A stretch of 64,000 bases of DNA, from NCBI GenBank assembly GCA_963774265.1, contig CAVZDU010000001.1:992001-1056000 (forward strand), in the 5' to 3' direction. Each line of letters begins with the position of its first letter. Within the stretch, counting starts at the first letter, position 1. The position numbers were made by a program, and so were the translations under genes. Below are positions 1-10,709 of the stretch, in pieces. The notes under the pieces were generated by a model that saw nothing but the letters and a program-made list of their open reading frames with translations, was not told the origin of the DNA and made no database searches. The DNA comes from an uncultured Chloroflexia bacterium. Its GTDB lineage: Bacteria > Chloroflexota > Anaerolineae > CG2-30-64-16.

Positions 1-1015
1 CGTCATCGGCCTGGTCGCGCTGATCGCGGCTTGGGTGAGCGCTGAGCTGATGATCGTGCGCCGGACACAACGCGTGGTGGACGCGGCCCGTAGGATGGCC
101 GCGGGAGACCTTTCCACGCGCGCGGGGCTTCCCGGGGATGCCAGCGAGGTGGGCCAGCTCGCGCAGGCCTTCGATTCGATGGCCGGAACCTTGCAGGAAC
201 GCGATGCCGAGAACGCGCGGCTTATCGCCCAGATGCAGCAATTGAACGCGGGGCTGGAGGCTCGGATCGTCAAGCGCACCGAGCAGTTGGTCGTCAGCAA
301 CACCAGGCTGGTGACCTCGCAAGCCGAGCTGCGCCGCCTCTCCGAGGAGCTCATGCGCATCACCGAGCTGGAACGCACGCGCATCTCGCGCGAGATCCAC
401 GACCAGCTCGGCCAGCTGCTCACTGCCATCAAGATGGAATTGCGCGCGATCGAGCGGGCTCTGGGGCGTGATCCCCGGCGCGCGGGCGAGCACATCACCG
501 AGACGGTCGGCCTGGTCGACGAGACCATCAAGACCGTGCGCCGCATCGCGGCCGACCTGCGCCCCGGCATCCTGGACGACTTCGGCCTGGCCGCGGCGAT
601 CGAGTGGCAGATCCAGCAGTTCCGCGCCCGGACGGGCGTGGAGGCGGAGCTCGATGCGGAGCTCGATGAGGAGAGCCTGTCCAAAGAAATGGCGACTGCG
701 GCTTTCCGCATTCTACAGGAGACCCTGACCAACGTGATCCGGCATGCGGAGGCCACGCGGGTCCAGGTGGTCGTTCGGACCACCGACGCGGATCTCATCC
801 TGACCGTGCGGGATAACGGCAAGGGCCTGCACCCGGACCCAAGCCACAAGTCCTTCGGGGTGGTTGGCATGAAGGAACGCGCGCGGCAGTTCGGCGGGTC
901 GGTGACGATCTCGGACAACCCAGGCGGGGGCGCCGTGGTCCAGCTCAGAATGCCTCTGCACCTCTACGACGTGGCGCCCGCACCGCAGACCACCGTCTTG
1001 TCAGACAAAACCTGA
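1..1015 (+). CDS. HAMP-domain sensor histidine kinase (NarX/HisKA_3 type), 5' truncated by the window
   Basis: HAMP segment (SEVGQLAQAFDSM), H-box ERTRISREIHDQLGQ, N-box ETLTNVIRHA, DNGKG and GxG boxes. Confidence 0.92.
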   Translation, partial: VIGLVALIAAWVSAELMIVRRTQRVVDAARRMAAGDLSTRAGLPGDASEVGQLAQAFDSMAGTLQERDAENARLIAQMQQLNAGLEARIVKRTEQLVVSNTRLVTSQAELRRLSEELMRITELERTRISREIHDQLGQLLTAIKMELRAIERALGRDPRRAGEHITETVGLVDETIKTVRRIAADLRPGILDDFGLAAAIEWQIQQFRARTGVEAELDAELDEESLSKEMATAAFRILQETLTNVIRHAEATRVQVVVRTTDADLILTVRDNGKGLHPDPSHKSFGVVGMKERARQFGGSVTISDNPGGGAVVQLRMPLHLYDVAPAPQTTVLSDKT

Positions 1016-1132
1016 CATGCGCATGGGGCGGGGGCCGATTGTGGAGCCAGTGTTCATCTGCTAGTCTATAGGTCGCAGTTATTGCGTCAGCAGTTATTGC
1101 GACATAGGTACAAGATAGACTATAGGATCGAG

Positions 1133-1519
1133 ATGGACAAAGGATTTACGGTGCTCGTGATGGACGATGCAGCCGTGGTGCGCAGCCTGCTGGTGGCGAT
1201 GTTAGCGGAGATCGACTCCGTGGAGCGTGTCATCCAGGCTGGGGACGCGGCGTCTGCTTTGCATCTGGTCGCTGAACACAAGCCGGATATCGCTATTCTG
1301 GATATCAAGGTTCCCGGCGCTGGCGCGGTCCAGAACGGCATCGACGTGCTGCGCCAGGTGAAGCGGACGCACCCCGCCACCAAGGTGATCATGCTGACCA
1401 ACCACGCCACCGAGCGGTATCGGATGGAATGCCAGAGGGCGGGTGCGGATTACTTCTTCGATAAGTCCAGTGAGTTCGAGCAGTTATTGGACAGAGTGGC
1501 CGCGTATGGGGATCAGTAA
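1133..1519 (+). CDS. Stand-alone response regulator receiver domain protein
   Basis: VLVMDD, PDIAILDI, IMLT and FFDK receiver motifs; no output domain; follows the kinase. Confidence 0.88.
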   Translation: MDKGFTVLVMDDAAVVRSLLVAMLAEIDSVERVIQAGDAASALHLVAEHKPDIAILDIKVPGAGAVQNGIDVLRQVKRTHPATKVIMLTNHATERYRMECQRAGADYFFDKSSEFEQLLDRVAAYGDQ

Positions 1520-1662
1520 GCATGTCAGATATTTCTTACAGGCTCGTAGGCGGAATCCTGAGGCGATCTTGCGGCATCGGCTGATACACAAGGTCAAAAG
1601 CACGGCGTATACTGGGGCCATAAGTTTGATTGAGTCGAGCGAAAACAGAAGGAGAGTTGAGA

Positions 1663-1935
1663 ATGTTGAACTTCATCGTCTGGATCGTCGTCGGTGGTTT
1701 GTTGGGCTGGATTGCCAGCATGATCATGCGGACCGATGCGCAGCAGGGTCCCCTGCTCAACATCATCGTCGGTATCGTCGGTTCTTTCGTGGCCGGACTG
1801 GTCCTGACCCCGCTCTTGGGCGGCGGCACAATCAACCAGGGCGACTTCAGCCTTACGGGCCTGTTGATCTCCCTGCTGGGTGCAGTTGTTTTGCTGGCGA
1901 TCGTCAACCTGTTCCGCCGGGGTTCGGTGCGGTAA
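1663..1935 (+). CDS. GlsB/YeaQ/YmgE (transglycosylase-associated) stress-response membrane protein
   Basis: WIVVGGLLGWIAS...NIIVGIVGS...SLLGAVVLL pattern; GGAG RBS upstream. Confidence 0.9.
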   Translation: MLNFIVWIVVGGLLGWIASMIMRTDAQQGPLLNIIVGIVGSFVAGLVLTPLLGGGTINQGDFSLTGLLISLLGAVVLLAIVNLFRRGSVR

Positions 1936-1951
1936 GCAGCACTTTGTGCCT

Positions 1952-1992
1952 GGGTCGCTCCCCACACCATCATCTTGTATGGGGAGCGACCC
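1952..1992. terminator. Stem-loop between convergent genes, probable terminator
   Basis: Perfect 13-bp inverted repeat GGGTCGCTCCCCA / TGGGGAGCGACCC. Confidence 0.55.
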
Positions 1993-2276
1993 GTAAGAAG
2001 TTATTATTCAAGCGTTTATCCTTTGTAATGGGTTTTGTAACGGGCGTGTGATTAAGTGGGTTGTGAGTGGATTGACAGTATTGATGTGGGCGTTGGCGGG
2101 TTGAGTCGGGTGAGTGGGGTGAAACAGGTTGAGTGTGAATCGCTAGACTGAAGCGGTGGGAATTTGGGAATGAGATAGGGCGGGTCAGGGCCGGTGGCGA
2201 CGCTGGGGGGCGTTGTTGCCGGCCCTGACTCATTTAAAAGGGTTCCTTTTTTGCATTGAGGCTGCCGTCTCGGCGC

Positions 2277-3185
2277 TCATGGCGCCGGTGCATTTGAGGC
2301 CGCACAGCGGAACCCGATATAGTGGCCCTGGGTGGACGGAGGGGCGAGGTAACGGGTCGCCGTGCGCAAGCCGGTGCTGCCGACGTACCAGGCGCCGCCG
2401 CGCAGCACTTTATTGGTCCCCGCCGCCGGACCGGGCGGGTTGCTGCCCTGTGACGTGACATAGTAGTCCTCATCATACCAGTCGTTGACCCAATCCCACA
2501 CGTTGCCAGCCATGTCCACCGCGCCGTACGGACTGGTTCCTGCCGCATAGCTGCCCACCGCGCTGGTGTCGCCGACACAGAAGCCGTCCACAAAACCATT
2601 TGCCAGCGCACAGGTCGGAGCAGCGTCTCCCCATGGGTAGGCGCGCGTGTTGTTGGCGCCACGGGCCGCCATCTCCCATTCCGCCTCCGTGGGCAGCCGC
2701 TTGCCAAGCCACCGGCAGTAGGCGTCGGCCTGGTGCCAGCTCACGTAGATGACCGGGAAACTGGCGTAGGCCGCATTGCCGTAATAGGACGCACGAGTGT
2801 AGGATGAGCCTGAAGACGGCGGCGTGCACCCTTCGGCCGCCACGCAAAGGGCATACTGCGCGTTCGTCACTTCCGTCCGGTCGATTGTGTAAGCATCCAG
2901 GGAGACCGGATGTAGCGGGAGCTCATCCTCGAAGCATTGAGAATCGCCGTTGTGCGCCGGATCGCAGCCCATCCGGACGGTTCCGGCTGGCACCAGGATC
3001 ATGACGCTTGGGAGAACGCTCGACATAGTCTTTCCGATCAGCGGCAGATAGACCCGGGAACCATCGCCGTTGGCATCGCCCTGCGCCGGCCTTATCGGAC
3101 CGTGACTTGCCGCCAGGCTGCCCGCGGGCAGTAGCAGCACGATCAGCACGGTCATGGTGATCGTTCGATAGACGCTACGCTTCAT
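2277..3185 (-). CDS. Secreted FGE/sulfatase-modifying-factor domain protein
   Basis: Signal peptide, TEVTNAQY, RLPTEAEWE, DMAGNVWDW, RGGAW and GFRCA motifs; VYLPLI motif after the signal. Confidence 0.9.
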   Translation of the reverse strand: MKRSVYRTITMTVLIVLLLPAGSLAASHGPIRPAQGDANGDGSRVYLPLIGKTMSSVLPSVMILVPAGTVRMGCDPAHNGDSQCFEDELPLHPVSLDAYTIDRTEVTNAQYALCVAAEGCTPPSSGSSYTRASYYGNAAYASFPVIYVSWHQADAYCRWLGKRLPTEAEWEMAARGANNTRAYPWGDAAPTCALANGFVDGFCVGDTSAVGSYAAGTSPYGAVDMAGNVWDWVNDWYDEDYYVTSQGSNPPGPAAGTNKVLRGGAWYVGSTGLRTATRYLAPPSTQGHYIGFRCAASNAPAP

Positions 3186-3322
3186 GGAAGCACCTCTCAA
3201 TGCACGGAATTCTTACGGGATGAAGCGGCAATGACCCATGCGAACTCGACGCCATTCCACGGGCATTATCTATCAGCAGGAAGAATGGTGCAAGGAAGCT
3301 TACCACTGATTCCCCGAGGCCC

Positions 3323-5047
3323 CTACGAGGCGCTTCTGTAACCTGCCGGGCCTTCTGCTTGGATGTGGGGAACGAACAGCAGGAAATCCGCATCGCCCGG
3401 CGCCACCTCTATGAAGATCGCGCTGAACGCGCCCACGCGCCGGTGACGTCCTGGCCGCGCACGAAGAGGATATGCTTGCCCGCGGCCAGCCCCGCCGTGC
3501 TGACGGTGGCAGTGACTTTTTCCGCGGCGCCGTCGAAGCTGCCGTCGACCGCCGTCATGGCATGGGCAGCCGCGCCGGCCTCCCAGGGCGGGACGTCGAT
3601 GGTGAACTCGGCTGCCGCGATCGCCTGCGACGGTTCCACGCCGTTGGTGTTGCGGTAGCGAGTGTCGTCGATCGTGGCCGTCAGCGTGGTCGGGTCACCG
3701 ATCTCGACGCGGGCGGGCGCCAGGGCCAGGCCGAGCGCATCCGGGCCCGCGGGCGTGAGGTAGGGCGTGCGCGCCACCTTGGCCGCGTAGATCAGGCCGG
3801 GCAGGTTCCCTGGCAGGTCGACGCCGGTGAAAGCCGCGCATGGCTGGAAGAACTGCCCGCTCAGCTCGAAAAGGAAGCTGGCCACGCCCAGCTCGCCGTA
3901 CGCGAAGTCAGCGGTCGAGCCATCGGTGGGGTACAGCCCGATGGACTGTTCGGGCGTGTAGCCATTGAAATACGCCATCTTGCGGCCCAGCGTCTGCAAT
4001 GCCGCGCCGTTGGGTGCAACGGTGTCGTTGAAGCCCCACGGCCAGAGCACCAGGGACCCGGCGCTGTGGATGTCGAGGTACACGCCCTCCGCGTCCACGG
4101 GCGCGGCCGAGGTGAGGCTGTCCCCGCGCTGGTCGGGGAAGATCGCGGCCATATAGTCCTGGATCGCCTGCGTCTCGGGCTCGGACGCCGGGCTCGGGCC
4201 GCGATAGGTTTCGGCGCACTGGGCGCCACTGGAGCCGCTCCACTGGCCCCACTGGAAAGCGAAGTTGCGGTTCAGGTCGGCCCCGCGGGAGTCGCTGGCC
4301 ACGCCGCAGTAGTTCTCGTTCGTGTTTTTGCGCCACAGCGCACCGGCCTCGGCCTCCTTGCGGCCATCGGGGTTGGCCTGTAGCATCAGGTGGATCTCGT
4401 GGTGGTCCAGCAGCCAGTGGGCATCAGCATCGGTTGCGTAGTTGTCCACCAGGTATTCGCCGAAGCGGGTGACCAGCTCGGCCGGCGCGTACTCGCGGCC
4501 GTGGATGGAGGCGGTGATGAAGAGCTTCGGCTTCGGGCCGGGGATGGCCTGGTTGGTCAGCACCAGCACCATCAGGTCGTAGCCGTCCGCCTGGCCCGCG
4601 CGCTTCTCCCACGAGTCGCCCACGTCGATCCACGCCGCCAGGTCAGGGTGCGCCGCGGCCAGGGCTGCGGCGGCCGGCGTAGATCTCCTCGACCGTGCGA
4701 TAGCAGGCGAAGCCGGGGATCGCGTCCGCCTGGTCGGGATCGACCGCCCGCGGCTCCGTGAGGCTGGCCGTCTGGGCCGAGTCCACCGCCACATGAAAGC
4801 CCAGGGCCGCCAGGCTGACCAGGTCCGCGGCATCCAGGATGGCCAGGACATACTTATTTTCATGGTTGTTATACTCGAGAAGGTCGTAGGAGGACAGAAG
4901 CCGGAGATCCTCGGCCGTGGCGTAATACACCCGGGCGATGAAGACGCCTTCGAGATCCTGCCCGGACGGCTGGGACGCGGCCATGGGTGACAGGGCCAGG
5001 CTCAGGAGGACCAGCGCGAGAACCAGGGACGACAGACGATGATTCAT
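3323..5047 (-). CDS. Secreted M14 zinc carboxypeptidase (frameshifts near 4680 and 3435, probably sequencing errors)
   Basis: Signal MNHRLSS...; IHGRE, NPDG, WRKN, GADLNRNF, SEPET and DIHS motifs; reconstructed C-terminus ...FLLFVPHIQAEGPAGYRSAS*. Confidence 0.85.
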
Positions 5048-5307
5048 GATGCCAACTTGCCGCGGCCAAGAAACGCAAGTGCTATCCGTTCTGAAGTATA
5101 GCGGATCGTTCTCACGGTCACAAGTCGTCATGCATGGGTGCAGGCGCCACAGTGCAGCACACGTACGGACCAGGCGCTGATCAGGCGTTTGGCCCGTCTT
5201 GAGGAGGATAGATGAAACGTGTTGGAACGTTTCACGTGAATTCACGCAGCATATGTCAAAAAGATTCGCATGTTGAGATGCAAGTATGAAAAGACGTACA
5301 CAAAACT

Positions 5308-5333
5308 TCTGGGCCACCGATCGGTGGCCCAGA
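5308..5333. repeat. Perfect 26-bp palindrome (terminator or operator)
   Basis: TCTGGGCCACCGA|TCGGTGGCCCAGA, downstream of the 1545-aa gene. Confidence 0.6.
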
Positions 5334-5380
5334 CTCATTGGCGACAAATCCGGCGGACGGGCAGCCTCCCGCCGTGCGTT

Positions 5381-8300
5381 CTACTGCACGATGCTGAGCG
5401 AGTCGGTGTCCTCGCCCGCAAAGCCCTGGACCGAGCCGTCCCAGTACATGGCCCAGGAGCAGGTCGTCGTGCTGCCCAGCGAGCCGGGAGTGCAGGTGAA
5501 GATATCCGAGCCGTCACCGCTGGCGCCGGTCACGCTGAAGGCGCCCAGCGTGGTCAGGTAGATCTTGCCCGCCGCATCGACCCAGACGCCGTTCACATTC
5601 TCGTTCGATGTGCTGGACAGCCCAACGTCCGAGCCGTCGAAATACATCGCCCAGGTTCCGGTGGTTGTCGCGCCCAGCGCTGTTGGGGTGAAGACCAGCA
5701 GGTCCTCATCCGCACCGGATGCGCCGGTGACCGAAACGTTGCCGAGCGTGCTGATCAGAAGCCTGCCATCGGGCAGGATCGCGAAGGCATCGATGTCCTC
5801 GTCGCTGGTCGAAAGACCCACGTCCGAGCCGTCGAAATACCAGGACCAGGTTCCTGCGGTGGTCGCGCCCGTGGAGTCGGGCCTGAAGCGTAGGATGTCT
5901 GAGTCATCCACCGCGGCGAATCCGCTCAGGGAGAACGCGGTGTCGAAGCTCATCAGAAGCGAGCCATCCGCCTGCAGCTCGAACGCGTCGACGTCCGTGT
6001 TGGTCAGGCCGATGTCCGAGCCGTCGATATACAGCGACCACGCGCCTGTGCTCATGTCCTTGATCAGGATGTCCTCATCTTCAAACGCCACGCCGCCCGC
6101 TGTGCCGGAGGTGCTGGAACCCAGGTACAGCTTTGGTCCGGTGACCGCCGGAGTGATCGTGATGCTGACCGTAGCAGGTGCTGAGTCCACCACGCCATCG
6201 TTCACCTTGAAGGTAAAGCTGTCCGCTCCGCTGTAGCCAGAGGCCGGCGTATAGGTCAGGCTGGGGGCGGTCCCGCTCAAAGTTCCGTGGCTCGGCCCGC
6301 CGGTCACGCTGAAGATCAGCGGGTTGCCGTCCCCATCGACTCCGGTCAGCACGATCGGGAGGGCCGTGTCCTCGGCAGTGGAAACCGACTGCGGATCGGC
6401 TGTCGGAGTCTGGTTAGGGCTGCCGCCGGTGGCGATGATCAGCACATCGTCGACCGCAGCCTCCACCAGGCTGGCCGTCGATGCGTCGGCCGCTTCGATC
6501 AACAGGTAGATCGTCTGGCCGGCAAACGCGTTCAGGCTGCCGCTGAAGGTGTCCCAGGCTGCGTCATCATCGTCGGCGGCTCCCAGCTCTTCGAAGACGG
6601 TCTGGGTGGTGGCGCCCACGACCTTGACGCGCAGGTAGTCGGCCGTCGAAGAATTGGTGTAGTTCGCCAGGTAATAGCTGAAGGACAGCGCCAGTTCGCT
6701 GCCCGCCGGCAGCGCGATGTCGGCCGAGCGGATGGAGGTCACGCCGCCGTCGAGGTCGTAGCTGCCCGCGCCGGCGCCGGCCAGTGGGCCGGTGACCAGG
6801 TCATAGCTGCCGCTCACGGTCGTCCCCAGCTGCTTGTAGCCGTAGTAGTCGACCGCTTCCGGGTCCACGCGTTCCCACACGCCCAGGGTGGCGGCATCCG
6901 TGCCGTTCGGGTTGCGGGACCAGCCGAGGTCGGACTCAAAGTCGTCGAAGAAGACGGTCACTGGCCCGGCGGGGTTGACAGTGATGCTGACCGTGGCCGG
7001 GTCCGACGTGGCCATCCCATCGCTCACAGCGAATATGAAGCCATCCAGGCCGGTGTAGCCGGCTGCAGGAGTGTACGTCAGGTCCGGCGCAACACCGGTC
7101 AGCGTGCCATTGGCGGGGCCTGTGACCACGTTGTAGGTGACGATGTCGCCGTCGACGTCGGAAGCGCCCAGCATAACGGCCACGGCGGCGCCCTGCTCGG
7201 TCGTGACGGCCTGCGCGATAGCGACCGGTGCGTCGTTGACGGCCGAGACATCGATGCTGACGGTCGCCGGCGCAGAGTTGACCGTGCCGTCGCTGGCCGT
7301 GAAGGTGAAGCTGTCCGGGCCGTTATAGTTGGCGGCCGGCGTGTAGGTGAGGACGGGTGCGGTTCCGCTGAGCGAGCCGTGGCTCGGCTGGGTTTGGGCT
7401 GCGAAGGAAAGCGCGTTGCCGTCGACGTCAGAACCGGTCAGGGTGATAACAAACGCGGTGTCCTCCGCTGCCGTCACTGCCAGCGCATCTGCCATCGGCG
7501 CATCGTTGACCGGCGTGACCGTGATGCTCACCACCGCCTCTGCCGGGGCGGCCTGCCCATCGTCCACGCTGAAAGTGAAGCCGTCCGAACCGCTGTAGTT
7601 CGCGGCCGGCGTGTAGGTCAGGGCCGGCGCGGTCCCACCGAGCGTCCCGTGGCTCGGGCCGTTGACGACGGCGTAGGTCAGCGCGTCGCCGTCCACGTCA
7701 GAGCCGCTGAGGGCGATTGCCACCGCGGCGTCCTCGGCAGTCGTCACCGCCTGCGCATCTGCCAGGGGCGCGTCATTCACCGCCGTGACGGAGATGCTGA
7801 CGGTTGCGGGGGTGGAATCGACCTGCCCGTCATTCGTGACAAAGGCAAAGCTGTCGATGCCGTTGTAGTCAGCCGCCGGCGTGTAGGTCAGGCCAGGCGC
7901 GGTCCCGCTGAGCGTCCCGTGCTGGGGTGCGGCGGTAACCGCGAAAGCGATCGGGTCGGCGTCAGGGTCCGAGCCGGTCAGGAGGATGGCAAGCGCCGTG
8001 TCCTCATCGGTCGTCACAGACTGCGCGTCCGCTGTTGGCTGGTCGTTGGTTTCCGTCACGGTGATATCCACCGTGGCCAGAGCCGAGTCGACGATCCCAT
8101 CGTTGGCGACGAAGGTAAAGCTGTCTCCGCCGGTGTAGCCCGCACCCGGCGTATAGGTCAGGTCAGGTGCGTCGCCGCTCAGCACACCCTGGACGGGCCA
8201 GGTGACGACGCGGTAGGTCAGCGCACCGCCGTCCACGTCAGCGCCGAGCAGAGTGATGTCGACCGGCGTTTCCTGCTGCGTCACAACAGACTGGGGCGTC

Positions 8301-10018
8301 GCAACGGGCACATCGTTCACCGCGGTCACGTCGATGTTGACGGTCGACAGCGCTGAGTTGACGCTTCCATCATTGACCGCGAAGGTGAAGCTGTCCGACC
8401 CGTGGTAGTTGGCCGCCGGCGTGTAGACGATATTCGGAGCGACGCCGCCCAGGGCGCCGTGGCTTGGCTGGGTCAGGAGAATGTAGGTCAGCGCATCGCC
8501 GTCCACGTCGGAGCCGATCAGGGCGATGGTCTTGGCGGTATCCTCAGCCGTTGTCACAGACTGTGCGTTAGCGACCGGCGCATCGTTCACCGCCGCGACC
8601 GTGATGCTCACCGTCGCCGGCGCAGAGTTGGCCGTCCCATCGTTGACGACGAACGTGAAGCTGTCCGGCCCGTGGTAGTTGGCCGCCGGCGCATACGTCA
8701 GGTTCGGCGCGGTCCCGCTCAGCGTCCCGTGGCTGGGCCCGGTCTGCACGCTGTAGGTCAGCGGACTGTTCTCCGCGTCTGAACCGCTCAGGGTCATCCC
8801 CGCCGCAACGTCTTCATCGGTGGTCACCGCCTGCGCGTTCGCCACCGGCGCCGTGTTCGACGGCGGCGGCGTCGGCGTCGGCGTCGGCCCGCCCGTCACC
8901 GTCCAGGTGAACGACCTCGACGTGCTGTTGCCCGCATAGTCGTACACCGTCACATTCACCGTGTGCGCCCCGTTCGTCACCGGGAACACCCGCTGCCCCC
9001 CCGTCGTGAACCCCAGGTCGACGTAGAACTCGCGGCAGCTGTAGTTGCCGCAGGTCGGCGGCGCAACATAGTAGTCGTTCACATACGCCGTGTCCGATGC
9101 GCCCCCGGGCAGGTTGGCAAACTCCCACACCGTCGTCACCGGCCCTCCATCCACCGTGAAGTCCACCTGGTGCGGCGGCAGATAGTAGACGTCGTCCAGC
9201 ACCAGGTCCTTCGCCCGCACGTACAGCCCGTAGACGCCCGTGATCGTGGTCACCGTCTGCACCGTGTTGTTCTTCAGCAGCCCGATCGTCTGCAGCAGCG
9301 GCGCAGCCGTGTCGTTAAGCGGCGTGTGGAACTCGAAGCCGTTTACATAGGCCCCGCCCGCGGCCAGGATGTTCAGGTGGATGTGGTTGAAGCGCTTGCC
9401 GAACGACGTCACCGTCCAGTACACGATGTCGCCGATATACGTGTTCGGCGCAATGTAGCCGCCGCTGGTCGGGTTCGCCTGGTACTCCGCGAACTTGTCC
9501 TTGATCGCCTGCGGAATCGTGTTCTTGTCGATGTGGTGGTACTGCCAGATGTAGCCCTCCGGATCTTTCACCGCTACTTCCCAGTACAGGTCGTTCCCCG
9601 GCTGGTAGTTCTCCACATTGACCACCTGGCCGCCCGAACGGTTGAAGACGTCCGTCCCGTTGGGCGCCATGATGTCGATCCCGTGGTGGAAGTACGCCGC
9701 GCTCGTCCCGCTGCTGTAGTTCTGGTACGACTGGATCGCATGCCCCAGCGTGAATGACACATTGAACGGCCAGGCATACGTTGCGTGCGCCGCCTGCGCG
9801 TCGCCCGTGGCCAGGTGCAGATAGTCGGCCTGGTACGCGGCCTCGACGTCCTCCAACACTCGCGCTTCCTCCGGACTGGCATCAGGCGGGAAAGGCGCAG
9901 CGCGGGCATTGTCGGTGACACGGGGGAGGCCCGCCGCGCCCGCCAGGCCGGGTGACAAGATGAGGCTCAGCAAGATCAGCGCCTGCACCAGGAGCGATAA
10001 ACGACGTTTCACGAGCAC
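5381..10018 (-). CDS. Large secreted surface protein: M23-like metallopeptidase domain, 8 cadherin/Big_9-like repeats, MAM-like domain and C-terminal WxxYFDGSDVGL repeats
   Basis: Signal peptide; HHGID and HIH Zn motifs; eight ~90-aa NDAP...TYTP...DSFTF repeats; FFDDFE...AVDDV domain. Confidence 0.85.
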   Translation of the reverse strand: MLVKRRLSLLVQALILLSLILSPGLAGAAGLPRVTDNARAAPFPPDASPEEARVLEDVEAAYQADYLHLATGDAQAAHATYAWPFNVSFTLGHAIQSYQNYSSGTSAAYFHHGIDIMAPNGTDVFNRSGGQVVNVENYQPGNDLYWEVAVKDPEGYIWQYHHIDKNTIPQAIKDKFAEYQANPTSGGYIAPNTYIGDIVYWTVTSFGKRFNHIHLNILAAGGAYVNGFEFHTPLNDTAAPLLQTIGLLKNNTVQTVTTITGVYGLYVRAKDLVLDDVYYLPPHQVDFTVDGGPVTTVWEFANLPGGASDTAYVNDYYVAPPTCGNYSCREFYVDLGFTTGGQRVFPVTNGAHTVNVTVYDYAGNSTSRSFTWTVTGGPTPTPTPPPSNTAPVANAQAVTTDEDVAAGMTLSGSDAENSPLTYSVQTGPSHGTLSGTAPNLTYAPAANYHGPDSFTFVVNDGTANSAPATVSITVAAVNDAPVANAQSVTTAEDTAKTIALIGSDVDGDALTYILLTQPSHGALGGVAPNIVYTPAANYHGSDSFTFAVNDGSVNSALSTVNIDVTAVNDVPVATPQSVVTQQETPVDITLLGADVDGGALTYRVVTWPVQGVLSGDAPDLTYTPGAGYTGGDSFTFVANDGIVDSALATVDITVTETNDQPTADAQSVTTDEDTALAILLTGSDPDADPIAFAVTAAPQHGTLSGTAPGLTYTPAADYNGIDSFAFVTNDGQVDSTPATVSISVTAVNDAPLADAQAVTTAEDAAVAIALSGSDVDGDALTYAVVNGPSHGTLGGTAPALTYTPAANYSGSDGFTFSVDDGQAAPAEAVVSITVTPVNDAPMADALAVTAAEDTAFVITLTGSDVDGNALSFAAQTQPSHGSLSGTAPVLTYTPAANYNGPDSFTFTASDGTVNSAPATVSIDVSAVNDAPVAIAQAVTTEQGAAVAVMLGASDVDGDIVTYNVVTGPANGTLTGVAPDLTYTPAAGYTGLDGFIFAVSDGMATSDPATVSITVNPAGPVTVFFDDFESDLGWSRNPNGTDAATLGVWERVDPEAVDYYGYKQLGTTVSGSYDLVTGPLAGAGAGSYDLDGGVTSIRSADIALPAGSELALSFSYYLANYTNSSTADYLRVKVVGATTQTVFEELGAADDDDAAWDTFSGSLNAFAGQTIYLLIEAADASTASLVEAAVDDVLIIATGGSPNQTPTADPQSVSTAEDTALPIVLTGVDGDGNPLIFSVTGGPSHGTLSGTAPSLTYTPASGYSGADSFTFKVNDGVVDSAPATVSITITPAVTGPKLYLGSSTSGTAGGVAFEDEDILIKDMSTGAWSLYIDGSDIGLTNTDVDAFELQADGSLLMSFDTAFSLSGFAAVDDSDILRFRPDSTGATTAGTWSWYFDGSDVGLSTSDEDIDAFAILPDGRLLISTLGNVSVTGASGADEDLLVFTPTALGATTTGTWAMYFDGSDVGLSSTSNENVNGVWVDAAGKIYLTTLGAFSVTGASGDGSDIFTCTPGSLGSTTTCSWAMYWDGSVQGFAGEDTDSLSIVQ
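8891..9889. repeat. ~1-kb direct repeat copy A (M23-like module), near-identical to 11097-12148
   Basis: Long identical DNA stretches; the translation HAIQSYQNYSSGTSAAYFHHGIDIMAPNG...FTWTVTG is shared. Confidence 0.9.
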
Positions 10019-10709
10019 ACTCTCCTTCTATACTAACCAGACGATCTCGATTGAGTAGTTCAATCAGAAACCGGCTCATGAATGGCCTGCAGGCTGAACG
10101 CATCGAACTGCATGACGATCATCGCCGATTGGAAATAATAGCACTATTTATTTGACGTCACAAGAAGGAATCTCGCGAGCACTGACCGCGTGATTTCCTT
10201 AAGATAGACGGATTGGGGGGGCGCATCGTTGACGGCAGGGACGGTCGTACCGCCCTCCGTGAGGGGAAACAACAGGGCGAATGCGAACGCCAATAATGGC
10301 AGTCTCAGGATGGGGTGCAAGTCGCGCAACCTGACAATAGATGCATGAACCTGGTCTGTTGCTGAGCTGGAAACCGGCTAAATCTGGTTACCCAGCACGA
10401 AGCTTAATTCATAGTACCATCGGTCACAAAAGAGTGCAAACAAGACTGAGGCGTGCGTAGAACTGACGACTTTGCTAAGAATAGACCCCATCGCTCACTT
10501 ACGTATTTCTACCGATACCCAGCCACACTCCACCAACAAGACCCAATGCGTCTTCGCGCATCACGCGCACGGACTGATCCCCTTGCCGCGCCGTGGCTCT
10601 CGGCTGCGAACGTCAAGGGCGAACCGATCGCTGCGACGCGTACTGCGACGGCGTCCGTCAGGCGGAACGCCTCATCATGCGAAGATGGTCGCCCGCCACA
10701 CCTACTCTA

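Noticed and set aside
5229-5244. parS-like site (GTTTCACGTGAA core)
   Set aside because: The right arm deviates from TGTTTCACGTGAAACA at three positions, and there is no parAB or origin context.
6287-8356. Long antisense ORFs (this one and others such as 21161-22657 and 57891-59201)
   Set aside because: They are shadows of high-GC codon usage on the real strand and have no recognisable motifs.
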